Shown: piece by piece, positions 10,220 through 19,362 of the stretch | Layout: each line of letters opens with the position of its first letter | Numbering within the stretch: the stretch's first letter is position 1 | NCBI GenBank assembly: GCA_963716175.1 | Contig: OY970296.1 | Location: 2,784,001 to 2,848,000, forward strand | Length of the DNA: 64,000 bases | Reading direction: 5' to 3' | From: an uncultured Armatimonadetes bacterium | Lineage (GTDB): Bacteria; Armatimonadota; Hebobacteria; Hebobacterales; Hebobacteraceae | Translations under genes and position numbers: made by a program | Notes under the pieces: generated by a model | The model's input: only the letters and a program-made list of their open reading frames with translations | Databases searched by the model: none | Told to the model about the DNA's origin: nothing

Positions 10220-10480
10220 CGACGGCCCCGGACACCCTCGACTCCGGCTACCCCTCGTCTGGAGTCACTGGCCGGGGTCTCGTCGCGGATGGGTCCGGCA
10301 TGGCACAGCAGCCGCGCCACGGTGGCAATGACCGGCAGCCCTACCCAGTCCAGTCTCAACTCGGTATCCTCGCCCATCCTCGGCGCCTCCCAGCACAGGG
10401 GTGTCAGCGATCGCCGAGAGTACCACGATGGGGGCTGCAGGAGCGCCCTGGGGGGCAGATGAGTTTCTGGAGACAGCACG
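10220..10480 (-). repeat. Dispersed repeat family, copy 3
   Basis: Direct repeat of 8960-9205. RBS GGGAGG and ATG at 10377 on the minus strand. Confidence 0.85.
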
Positions 10481-10528
10481 GCCCCGGCACTCCCCTTCGC
10501 GAGCTCTGCTTGGCCGGCGCGGCCCCGA

Positions 10529-11656
10529 TCACGCCGGACTCGGCCGATCGCGCCTCATCGGGCTCTCTGTGAGCCGCCGCATCACGCCGGCGGGAGTCAG
10601 CGCGACGATGGTGTCCACTGCGTTGGTGTCAGCCGGGGCCAGGTGGTCAGCGCGAATCAGGTTCACGTTCAGGTAGCCCGCTGGCACCTCGCCCCAGATC
10701 TCGTCCTGCCTCTCGTAAAGGTACAGCCTAGCGCCATCCGTGAGCAGGATCTTCTGGCACTCGGTGAGTCCGAGTCTCGCCACATAGTCGCTGGCCTGCG
10801 AGAACACATCCTGCAGGCCATGCCCGATGCCCTTGGCCTCGCACACGAGGACACAGCGCTCCTTGACCGTGGGCGCACCCCAGAAGGCAGCCAGATCGAT
10901 CTTGTGCCACTCCACTGCGAGCAGCTGCTCTGACCAGCCCAACGAGAGGAGCAGAGGCAGAATCATGTGGGCGACCACCTCATGTTCCGTGGGCCGGCCG
11001 CTGCGCTCGCCGTGGGCGAGGTACCACTGGGAGAGACGCCGCTGGCGCTGGATCGCGACGAGGACTGTGTCTACGGATTCGTTGGGGACGCCCCGGGAGA
11101 AGAGCTCGTGGCCGAGGGCGTCCATGCTGAGCGGCGGCGGGGGCGGCGGCGGCAGAGGCCGCAGGGGACGCGAGCGCAGCTGAGCAAAGAGCGCTTCCAC
11201 TCTGTCGAGCACGGCGCGGTCATTGAGGGCGGTGAAGGTGGGGATCTGCTTCCTTTGGGCAAACAACTCCTGGGATGGAGTCGGCTGCAGTCGCTGCAGC
11301 TCCCCCTCCAGGTGCCCCTGCCAGATCACACGGCGCGTGTGCTGCAAGTCCCACCCATAGACGTCGTCGAAGGTCTCGCTCCAGGCGTAGCCGTCCTCGA
11401 CCGCCAGCCCGATCGCCACGACCCGATAGCCCGAACGCAGCAGGATGATGTCACCGGCCTTCACATCCTCTGCGAAGCGCCGGACCTGGCCGACCTTGTT
11501 GGCCGTTTCCTCACCACTGAGGACGCGCGCGTAGTAGACGGCCTTTTCATAGGGTCCGTACCTTCCGGGCCCCATGAACATGAGGTCGTGGTTGAGGAAG
11601 AGCTGCGCGTAGTTGCGCCGTGGCTCACCTGCGGCGATCTGCCAAACGTTCGGCAC
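10529..11656 (-). CDS. Putative restriction-type endonuclease (N-terminal putative DNA-reader domain, C-terminal HsdR_N-like PD-(D/E)XK domain)
   Basis: EHEVVAHMILPLLLSLGW, KIDLA, CEAK and LLTDG motifs. N-terminus has a WQIAAG..GDIILL..IG pattern. GTG start with GGAGG. Confidence 0.7.
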   Translation of the reverse strand: MPNVWQIAAGEPRRNYAQLFLNHDLMFMGPGRYGPYEKAVYYARVLSGEETANKVGQVRRFAEDVKAGDIILLRSGYRVVAIGLAVEDGYAWSETFDDVYGWDLQHTRRVIWQGHLEGELQRLQPTPSQELFAQRKQIPTFTALNDRAVLDRVEALFAQLRSRPLRPLPPPPPPPLSMDALGHELFSRGVPNESVDTVLVAIQRQRRLSQWYLAHGERSGRPTEHEVVAHMILPLLLSLGWSEQLLAVEWHKIDLAAFWGAPTVKERCVLVCEAKGIGHGLQDVFSQASDYVARLGLTECQKILLTDGARLYLYERQDEIWGEVPAGYLNVNLIRADHLAPADTNAVDTIVALTPAGVMRRLTESPMRRDRPSPA

Positions 11657-12098
11657 AGCGGCCTCCAAGAGCACCTGCTGATGGCCCTTTCTGTGGGAAG
11701 CCAGGTGGTTCCTATACCGCGCCACTCCCGGCGGCCACGACTCTGCCGGCCGAGGTCGCAGCCATGCAGGGCGGCCATGCGCGCTACAGCCCCCACCAAG
11801 TCGGCGCCGATCAGGGCCCCGCAAGATGGCGCGCCGCGCGACCCGGCGGCCCCCGCCCTAGACCGGGATCACCGCGGCTGAAGGTGTCCGGCGCTCATAG
11901 CACCGTTGGAGCAGACGATCTGTGACCGATGGATCGCCTTCTCTTACCGCTGGGCGAGTCCGCTCCAAGGCACGCATACTGAGCACCTGCTCCTCGCACT
12001 ACACCAGAAAGGGGATGCGGAGCCCGAAGGCGCCGCCCACTGTTCCACCAGAGGCCCTCGACGCCGCCACCTGCTAGCACGCAGCCACTAGGCCTCGC

Positions 12099-12506
12099 TC
12101 ACCGAGCCGCGAACCAGGCCAGGAGAGCAGCGGGATCTACGATCGCAATCCCCCGGAACTCCCCCAGGCCCAGCAGGTGCCGGTCCCCGGAGACGATCAT
12201 CTCCGCCTCTGCCGTCACCGCGCATTCCAGGAACCTGTTATCCTCCGGGTCAGCCTCGACCTCCCCGATGCGCTCCCGGGGGGTCACGAAGGCTACCCTC
12301 TCACCCTCGCTCACCATCGCCAGGAACTCCTGTGCCTCCTGCTTCGCGTGACCGAACCGGGCCAACACCTCCAGGTACTCGGCCACGATTTCGTCGGAGA
12401 GACAGAGCACGAACTGCCCGTCTCGCCACAGCTCCATCACCTCGCGTGGTTTGCCGCCGAAGAAGCTGGACGCCAGCACGTTCGTGTCGACGACGATCCT
12501 AGGCAC
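12099..12506 (-). CDS. PIN-domain toxin (VapC-like)
   Basis: VVDTNVL, DPEDNRFLECA and IVSGDRHLL motifs. Confidence 0.9.
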   Translation of the reverse strand: MPRIVVDTNVLASSFFGGKPREVMELWRDGQFVLCLSDEIVAEYLEVLARFGHAKQEAQEFLAMVSEGERVAFVTPRERIGEVEADPEDNRFLECAVTAEAEMIVSGDRHLLGLGEFRGIAIVDPAALLAWFAAR

Positions 12507-12840
12507 GCGAGGCGGCCCGCCTTGTCCGTCTCGCCTCACGCACCTCCCGCACCAGCCGCGGGATATCCTCCGCCCCGTAGCCGTACCGCTCCGCTCGCTG
12601 GCGCAGCCGCTCCCACAGCTGGTCGAAGCGTTTGGCGAAGGCATCATCTCCCTGCCGCCGCTGCTCCAGCCAGCCTCTGATGTCATCCGCCCGGAAGCGC
12701 CACTCCCGGCCCACCTTGAACCCAGGCAGCTTCCCCTCTCGGGCGAAGCTGAGCACTGTGACTTCGTGCAGTTTCAGGTACGACGCAACCTGCTTCACAT
12801 CAAGCAGTTCCGGCAGTCCCCGCGGCGCTTGCTCACTCAT
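12499..12840 (-). CDS. Excisionase-type HTH protein, probable antitoxin
   Basis: LLDVKQVASYL...GKLPGFKVGREWRF; overlaps the PIN gene start. Confidence 0.85.
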   Translation of the reverse strand: MSEQAPRGLPELLDVKQVASYLKLHEVTVLSFAREGKLPGFKVGREWRFRADDIRGWLEQRRQGDDAFAKRFDQLWERLRQRAERYGYGAEDIPRLVREVREARRTRRAASRA

Positions 12841-13139
12841 CAGTCCGCCTCCTCCGGCCCATGGGTATTGCCATATTATACCACATCTAACAAAGCGCAG
12901 GAAAATATTCCAGAGCACTACCGTTTGACCGGCCCCTCGTTTTCCCGAAACCGGACATCGGCCTCTGTCGATCGCTCGTGAACCAGGCACGGCAACCTTG
13001 CGGGACCCCAGCAACTGGCGACATGGGGATATCTGCTCCGGCCTTGACATCCGTCCAAAGCCGACACGCGTCTGGCGGGAACTGACGGGGACGATCAGGC
13101 GGAAGATGGGGCGCGGCCGCCAACCAATCAGAGCGCGGG

Positions 13140-13930
13140 CGCTACTGATCCGCTACTGGACCGGCACGCTTGGGCTGCGCGAACCGCGCCCGATCCGACA
13201 CCCCGTGCAGCGTCGCCAGGAGCATGCATCGCAGGCTCGGCCGGAACAGTTTCGCCAATAAGCATGCGGACAAATCGCCGATCACCCACACCTGCCAATG
13301 GGGCGGGGAAATGCGCGAAAACCCTGGGAACCCCCGGGATTCCGCTACCAAACCGCTACCATTCCGCTACCCCAGTCAATCGCGGCCTCGGCTTGCGGGC
13401 CGCTGCGTTCGCCGCCTCCTAGTGGGTGATCGCGTTCCGGGGTTCCGGCCAGATAACAGATGTTGTGCTGCCTTGTTCCCCCGTAGGCACCTGCTCGTTA
13501 TCTCAATTCTGTGAAACCGGACATTGCTGGACATTGAGGCCGTATCCAAGCGTCACCAACACACGCGCCACCCCAGAAGGCGCGGGAGTGCCATCGCTAC
13601 CGATCACCCGCCACCCCGAATTCGCGAACGAGCGCCCCGCTGGCTGGCAGCGGTACACTCGGACCGGGCCAGAAAGGGCACGCGGTATACCCTCGGTACA
13701 CCTCGCGGTATACGCCTGGTACACCTTTCATGCACTCTGGGGCTCCCGTTGGTATACCGGAAGTACACCCCCCTGGGGCAGGCCTTACGAGCGGCGGAGA
13801 CGCGCTTTTTCCAGCGATTACCTAGCCTTTTCGCCAGTCCAATCGCGGACAGGACGGCCCAAGGCGGGGCGATCTCTCCAGAAACACCCCGATTCAGTAC
13901 ACTTTCGGTATACGCTTGCGCTACCGAGCC
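13140..13930. repeat. Non-coding short-repeat region (CGCTACC and GGTAYAC arrays)
   Basis: CGCTACC three times at 13343-13371. GGTACAC/GGTATAC in ~11-bp phase at 13652-13770. CAATCGCG three times. Confidence 0.6.
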
Positions 13931-14460
13931 AATCGCGACGTCCGCTTACCGGCCGACCTGAGGCCCCGGGCCATAGCGGTGCGAGATGATGCTAGGCCTC
14001 ATGAGCGAATCTGTGCCGCCGTGTCCAGCTGACGGCGATACAGCCACTCTGGCAGTATTGACCTGGATCACCTGCCGTACCGACTCGGATTCGCCATTCC
14101 CATGCTGGTCTTGGCATACCGTCGTGCCCGTAGTGTACCAGAATTCATCCGCAGCCCCAAGGTGTCCAGAAACCGTCTGTGGATGTCGAGCGCCTGTGAG
14201 GTCAGTCGGCCGGCCTCGGAGTGGCCTGGTCTTCCGGTGGCGACAGAGGTCCTTGTTGAGGATCGCTGAGGCCATCCAGACTGGGTCGCGAAGTCGGATG
14301 CTGTGGCCACACGGACAGCACACCCCGACCATCCGGAATGGCCCGGCCTCTGAAGGCAGTGCCTCACGATCTCGCAGACTCTACATAGCGGCACAGAGTT
14401 GAGCGCTTGGTCGGAGGTGTCTGCTGTCCTCCGGGCACGACAAGAAGCTCTGAGAGGGTC

Positions 14461-14488
14461 TTGACAAGGCCCTGCGGGGTGATACAGT
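14461..14488 (+). promoter_or_regulatory. Sigma70-like promoter
   Basis: TTGACA-16 nt-TACAGT upstream of the GYD/CBS genes. Confidence 0.5.
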
Positions 14489-14615
14489 CGGGCCATCGCA
14501 GCAAGGCCCGCGGCCTGGTGGCTCCCCTGCTTGTAGCAGAGCGAAGGCCCTCGGTAGGGGGGACGATGGGGAGCTGAGGGGCGGGCAAGAATAAAGCTGG
14601 CAGCGACCTGGAGGT

Positions 14616-14661
14616 GGCGCCTGCTTCGTCCTATCAGACGAAGGGGCGCCTTTGTCTTTTT
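14616..14661 (+). terminator. Intrinsic terminator inside the 5' leader of the GYD gene
   Basis: GGCGCCTGCTTCGTC-loop-GACGAAGGGGCGCC followed by TTTGTCTTTTT. Confidence 0.6.
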
Positions 14662-14696
14662 GGGCCTGGCGGGAGAGCGAGAAAGGGGGTGAACAG

Positions 14697-14954
14697 ATGA
14701 CGTTCGTCACTTTGGCGAAAGTGGTGCCGGGAAGAACGAAGGAGGCGATGGACAGCCTGAGGGGGTTCTCATCGCTTCCAGGAGGGGCAAAGGTCCTGAG
14801 CTGCTATGTGACCTTCGGGCGCTATGATGCGGTCTGCATCCGGGAGGCTCCGGATCTGGCCAGCGCCAGCCGGGCTATGCGGGCCCTCGTGGAGAGAGGA
14901 CCGATCACCACGGAGACCATGGTAGCCCAGTCTCCGGAGGAGTTCCTGAAGTAG
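14697..14954 (+). CDS. GYD-domain protein
   Basis: YVTFGRYDAV..EAPD and TETM motifs; about 85 aa. Confidence 0.8.
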   Translation: MTFVTLAKVVPGRTKEAMDSLRGFSSLPGGAKVLSCYVTFGRYDAVCIREAPDLASASRAMRALVERGPITTETMVAQSPEEFLK

Positions 14955-14964
14955 GGGATAGCTC

Positions 14965-15363
14965 ATGGTCACAGCCCGGGAGATCATGACCAAGGAGGTG
15001 ATAAGCACTCGGCCCCACTGCAGGGTGGCGGAGGTGATCCGGGTCCTCTACCACCAGGGGATCAGCGGCCTGCCGGTGCTGGACGAGGAGAAGCAAGTGA
15101 TCGGGATGGTGACGGAAGCGGATATTCTGGGCCTGAAGAGCGGGCAGGAGCTAGTCCGAGATATCATGTCGGCGCCGGTCTGCGCGGTATGCGAGGAGAC
15201 GCCGCTGGAGGAGATCGCGGCCCTGCTCAGGGAGAAGAAGATCAAGCGGGTCCCGGTGGTGAGGGAGGGCAAGCTGGTGGGCATCGTCTCCCGGGCGGAT
15301 GTGGTGAGAGCGCTGGCGATGGTGAAGTGGGGAGAGCATGGTGGGCGGGGAGATGTGAGATAG
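14965..15363 (+). CDS. CBS-domain pair protein
   Basis: AREIMT, ISGLPV, GMVTEAD and IKRVPVV..GIVSRAD motifs. Confidence 0.9.
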   Translation: MVTAREIMTKEVISTRPHCRVAEVIRVLYHQGISGLPVLDEEKQVIGMVTEADILGLKSGQELVRDIMSAPVCAVCEETPLEEIAALLREKKIKRVPVVREGKLVGIVSRADVVRALAMVKWGEHGGRGDVR

Positions 15364-15373
15364 GAGACGGGGG

Positions 15374-15487
15374 ATGGCGCCAAGGGCGAGAGACATCATG
15401 GCCAAGGGGGTGCCTGTGCTCCGGGAGGGCAAGCTGGTGGGCATCGTCTCCCGGGCGGATGTGGTGAGGGTGATCGCGGGCGGCTGA
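15374..15487 (+). pseudogene. Collapsed second CBS gene
   Basis: MAPRARDIMAKG|VPVLREGKLVGIVSRADVVR; 46-bp exact repeat of 15263-15308 at 15423-15468. Confidence 0.75.
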
Positions 15488-15673
15488 ACCCCAGGCCTGG
15501 TCTGTCTGGCCCAGGGCTCGGCACCCGACAGCAGTTGAGTCCCGGGGCCGGGCACGGGGCGGGGACCGGCAGAGGCAAGAAGAGTTGTGGCCACAGCTTC
15601 TCGAGCAGGACAGCGCCCCGAGCTGTGGTTCGGTCCCCGCCCTCTTGTCTTAGGTCCGCCCATCCGCTGGTAG

Positions 15674-16141
15674 GTGGGGGAGGACTACCCCTACTATGTT
15701 ACCCGCGGCTTCGGCCCTGACTTCGTGCGGCAGGAGGGGTGGCTGTGCGACCGGGATGCGGGTGGGCAGATCCTGCGGCACCCAGACGGCCGGCCCCGCC
15801 TCGCGTGCCTGTGCGGGGCGGTGGTCGAGGGGAAGCCAGATTGGACGCAGCCCTGCTTCACGGAGGGTGGCAGCTTCTGGACCAATGACATGACAGAACT
15901 GCTGCGCAGCACGCCTCCCCGCGCCGCCGGGATGACGATGCGCAGCCACTGTCACCGGGAAGGTTATGAGTCGCTGGGGTTGGTGCCCTTGCGGGCCCAG
16001 GGGCAGAGCTACGGACTGCTGCAGTTGAACAGCCGGACCCCAGGGCGGTTCACGGCAGCGCAGATCGCCTCCTATGAGGGGCTGGCGGGACAAGTGGCGG
16101 CTGCCGCGGCGGCGCGGATCGGGCAGTTGCCGGCAGCGTGA
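15674..16141 (+). CDS. Cys-rich GAF-like sensor domain (standalone or fragment)
   Basis: DYPYYVTRGF, CLCG, FTEGGSFWTN and EGYESLGLVPLR..GLLQLN motifs. Confidence 0.65.
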   Translation: MGEDYPYYVTRGFGPDFVRQEGWLCDRDAGGQILRHPDGRPRLACLCGAVVEGKPDWTQPCFTEGGSFWTNDMTELLRSTPPRAAGMTMRSHCHREGYESLGLVPLRAQGQSYGLLQLNSRTPGRFTAAQIASYEGLAGQVAAAAAARIGQLPAA

Positions 16142-16243
16142 GGCGGGCGGAGAGGATCCGACTGAGCAGCGCGGTACGCTCTAGTGTTCAAGCTCCGGAC
16201 TGTACCCCGGTCGCGCCAGGAGAAGGGCGGAGGGGGAAGGGCA

Positions 16244-16339
16244 ATGCACCTCAACATCTGGGTGTTAGTGCTTGCGGTCCTCTGTGCGCTGCTGGTGGGA
16301 GGGGCCGTGGTCTATGTCGCGTGCTGCCTCAGGAAGTAG
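16244..16339 (+). CDS. Small single-TM peptide
   Basis: MHLNIWVLVLAVLCALLVGGAVVYVACCLRK with a purine-rich RBS. Confidence 0.4.
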   Translation: MHLNIWVLVLAVLCALLVGGAVVYVACCLRK

Positions 16340-16382
16340 CTCGGGTCCGGGAAGATCGGGCCTGGGCGGAGAGGAGAGAGCG

Positions 16383-16676
16383 GTGACGGAGCCAGTGGCA
16401 GAGGTGGTCAGGGGGAAGCGGTTTGAGCTGGTAGACGGCGAAGGAAGAGTGCGGGCCGCCTTGGTGCTTCACGAAGACGGGACCCCTGGACTGGACCTGT
16501 GGGATGACAATGGGAATGTGCGCGCTACCTTAGTACTGAGCAGAGACGGGATACCGCGTTTGAACCTGCTGGGGAAGACGGGGGAGGTCCGGGCTGCTTT
16601 GGGATTCGGTACTGACTGGAGGGTAGGGCTTGTGCTCAGTGACCCGCACGGGCAGGTGCTCTGGTCGGCGCCGTAG
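16383..16676 (+). CDS. Hypothetical protein with ~22-aa beta-hairpin repeats
   Basis: GxVRAxL repeated three times; RBS GGAG. Confidence 0.65.
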   Translation: MTEPVAEVVRGKRFELVDGEGRVRAALVLHEDGTPGLDLWDDNGNVRATLVLSRDGIPRLNLLGKTGEVRAALGFGTDWRVGLVLSDPHGQVLWSAP

Positions 16677-16934
16677 GGGGCGCTCCGGCACTTGTGGTGA
16701 GGTGGTGACCAAGTCTCTTGGGCGGCGAGAAGGAACTGGCGAGAGGTGAAGAACTGGGGCAATAGCGGGCTGCTACTAGCCGCAGCTCTTGCCTAGTGCA
16801 TTGCAGAAGTCCCCGATCTGAGTGCTGCGCACTGTCGGCTCGTCACAGAGCGCGGGCCGGTTTGGCTGGATGACCTGCCTCCCCAGCGTTATCACGCGCT
16901 ATGTCAGTCCTGAGGCGTACAGAGGCATTAGCTC

Positions 16935-17057
16935 CAGGCTCTGCGGCGTGAGGGATTCGGGTATCGCACGATCGCTGCGACCTTGGAGGCCGAGGGATAC
17001 CCCACAAAGCGCGGCGGCAAGTTGCAGGCGAACACGGTGCGCCGGCTGCTGCGATCA
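16935..17057 (+). pseudogene. Serine-recombinase (recombinase-family) HTH fragment
   Basis: Reads EGFGYRTIAATLEAEGYPTKRGGKLQANTVRRLL. Confidence 0.6.
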
Positions 17058-17131
17058 GCGCAGGTGCAAGGGCGAGTGCGCTATGGCGAGAGCGCGAAGG
17101 GGGTTCATCAGGCGCTCATTCTGGGGATGCG

Positions 17132-17485
17132 ATGATGCTGTGGCTAATCAGCGCGGCGCTGATAGTGACAAGCTTTCTGTGGCTTGCCGTCGTGGTGAGC
17201 TTGATAGGTGTACTCGGCAAGCAAATGTCACTTTGGATTGTAGCGGGCACGGTAGTCTTGGTGATCGCTTGGCCCTGGTTAGGAGTGCGCGTCAACGACT
17301 GGCTTGTAGACCGCGGGTGCCATGATGACGCAGGGCGAGCTGACAACCTGGTGGGAGGCGCTGCGGGTGTGGTGGCAGTCGCAGGACCCCGAGGAGCTGG
17401 GGGCCGCGCTGTTGGGTGTGAGGGCGGCAGATCGGGAGGCGGTGCTGGCCGAGGTTTCCTACGATGGTTTGCGCGCTCGAGGTGA
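17132..17485 (+). CDS. Small two-TM hypothetical protein
   Basis: Hydrophobic N-terminal ~55 aa; the C-terminal extension is doubtful. Confidence 0.35.
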   Translation: MMLWLISAALIVTSFLWLAVVVSLIGVLGKQMSLWIVAGTVVLVIAWPWLGVRVNDWLVDRGCHDDAGRADNLVGGAAGVVAVAGPRGAGGRAVGCEGGRSGGGAGRGFLRWFARSR

Positions 17486-17725
17486 GGCAGCTCCTGGCGC
17501 GAATGGAGGCGCTGGCGCGGGCGGCGGAAGCTCGAAGACTGACGTGATTTCGGCGGCATAAGTATTCATCTGCAGGGAGAGAGACTGATGCGAGCAGGGG
17601 ATCGGAAACGGAAGCGGATGCGGAGACAGCGCCGGAAGCAGATCGCAAAGTCGGCGCGGAGCATCCGGCAGCGGTTAGGGGCGAGGGATCGGTGCCGAAT
17701 GTGATGCGCAAGGAGCGAGAAAGAG

Positions 17726-18094
17726 ATGAAGCACTTCGTCGGATGCCGGCAGGAATCATTGCACTGCGTGGTCACCATCCAGGAAGAGGGACAGGAACCC
17801 CGGCCCCTTCCTCACATCGTGCGGCATTCGCCAAGGGGCTTCGAATGGTCTTATGGCGGCTCGGGGCCAGCCGATCTGGCGCTCTCCCTGCTGACCGAGG
17901 TGGCCGGCAGGGAAGTGGCCGATCGCTGGTACCAGATGTTCAAGCACGATGTGATCTCTCAGCTGCCGCCCCCGGGTTGGCGGATCGCCGCAGCGGATAT
18001 CGAAGCATGGCTGCCAGCGGCCCGGGCCGGCCTGCACGATAGGTCAGTGCGGGCGGCCCTGGTCCATGTCTTACCCCTGGAGCCAGCGCAGTGA
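17726..18094 (+). CDS. DUF6166-family protein
   Basis: RHSPRGFEWSYGGSGPADLALSLL and YQMFK motifs. Confidence 0.75.
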   Translation: MKHFVGCRQESLHCVVTIQEEGQEPRPLPHIVRHSPRGFEWSYGGSGPADLALSLLTEVAGREVADRWYQMFKHDVISQLPPPGWRIAAADIEAWLPAARAGLHDRSVRAALVHVLPLEPAQ

Positions 18095-18356
18095 ATGGGG
18101 TGGTGGGGCGGGCCAATCGGCGGTTGCATCCGACCTCGGCCCCCGGCTCACCCCCGCTCGAGCGTCCCTCCGTGACCGGCTGTGGTGGTGAACATGAGCG
18201 TTGTGGATCGCAACCCCGGGCTTCCTGCTGGGGGTGGCGGCGGCGTTTCTCTCGTAGGCGGCGTCGCGCTAGCTATTGGTGAAGGCAGTAGGCTACTCGT
18301 AACAATCGGCGCAGCAGGGGCGGCGCCAAAGGAGCGAGGGGAATGAGTAGGAGCAG

Positions 18357-18611
18357 ATGGGCAGTATAAGATCAGGGTCTCGGGACAGGAGTGGCAGACA
18401 GACGGATGTGATAGACAGACTGGCGAAGAGATTCGGGAAGTATGCGCTGGTGGTGGCCGTGGGCAGGCGGGCCGAGGATCTGCTGGAACGGACCGGCGCT
18501 TCGGGGGGGCCAAGCGGGGGCCGGCTGATCGATCGGGCAATCACCGAGATCGCCCGCGGCGACGTTCGCATCAGGGGCGGGAAGCCTGGGGAAGAAGAGG
18601 ATTTGGCGTAG
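18357..18611 (+). CDS. RNA polymerase omega (RpoZ)-like protein
   Basis: IDRLAKRFGKYALVVAVGRRAEDL...AITEIARG matches the omega pattern; RBS AGGAG. Confidence 0.6.
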   Translation: MGSIRSGSRDRSGRQTDVIDRLAKRFGKYALVVAVGRRAEDLLERTGASGGPSGGRLIDRAITEIARGDVRIRGGKPGEEEDLA

Positions 18612-18634
18612 CCGGACCCCAACACTCGCGCGCT

Positions 18635-18823
18635 ACGCTCGCCTTTGGTGAATGGCATAAGCAACAGTACCTCAGCAGAGGGACGCCCCGCTGCGCGCAG
18701 CTGTGCCGGCGGGATGGCGAGTACTTCTTGCATGTGAGCTTCGAGTTCCAAATCGAGGCGATGGCTCGGGGCGAGGAGTAGGCGTACCTAGGGATCGACT
18801 GGGGCGTGACGAAGCAGGCGGCG
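18635..18823 (+). pseudogene. TnpB/Cas12f-like nuclease relic
   Basis: Reads TLAFGEWHKQQYLSRGTPRCAQLCRRDGEYFLHVSFEFQIEAMARGEE*AYLGIDWGVTK (WED strand and RuvC-I), with an in-frame stop. Confidence 0.65.
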
Positions 18824-18999
18824 CCCGGCGGTCGCCCGGATTCGGGATCTTAGCAGCGGGGTTCTGTGCAGAATACGTATCTACAAATCAGCACGGGGGG
18901 CGCGCCCCGCCTGAGATCGTCGCCCTGCATGCCCTGAGGGGCTCGCAGAACCGGCAATCGCAGTTGCCGGTTGCAGGTCACAACCGAAAGGACAGAGGA

Positions 19000-19362
19000 A
19001 TGAGCATGGCGAGGGATGAGCAATACCGGCGGCGGCGCAAGGCGGAGGCGGAGAGGCTAAGGCTGACCGGCAAGGTTGGCGCGCTCGAGCTGGAATTGCA
19101 GGATCTGGCGGCGGACCTGGCCGAGGCCGAGGCGGCCGCCAAGGCTGACCTAGATCAGCGGCGCCGCCGATTGCAGGAGCCGGACGCCAGCATCCGCCGG
19201 CTGCGAGTGCTGGGTGAAGAACTGCCCTCGCCCCTGGGAAGGGTGCTGACCTGCCATGACCGGAAACACCACACCCTGGAGAGGACCCGGCAGCGGTTGG
19301 CCGGAGTGGAAGAGCAACTCGGCGAGATAGCCCGGGCTGACCAGGCGGGAAGGGAGCAGTAG
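19000..19362 (+). CDS. Coiled-coil hypothetical protein
   Basis: RBS GAGG and a heptad-rich charged sequence. Confidence 0.45.
   Translation: MSMARDEQYRRRRKAEAERLRLTGKVGALELELQDLAADLAEAEAAAKADLDQRRRRLQEPDASIRRLRVLGEELPSPLGRVLTCHDRKHHTLERTRQRLAGVEEQLGEIARADQAGREQ

Noticed and set aside
8960-10480. Integron attC array interpretation of the repeats flanking ThuA
   Set aside because: No RYYYAAC/GTTRRRY boxes, no integron integrase, and the repeats are too long and contain an ORF.
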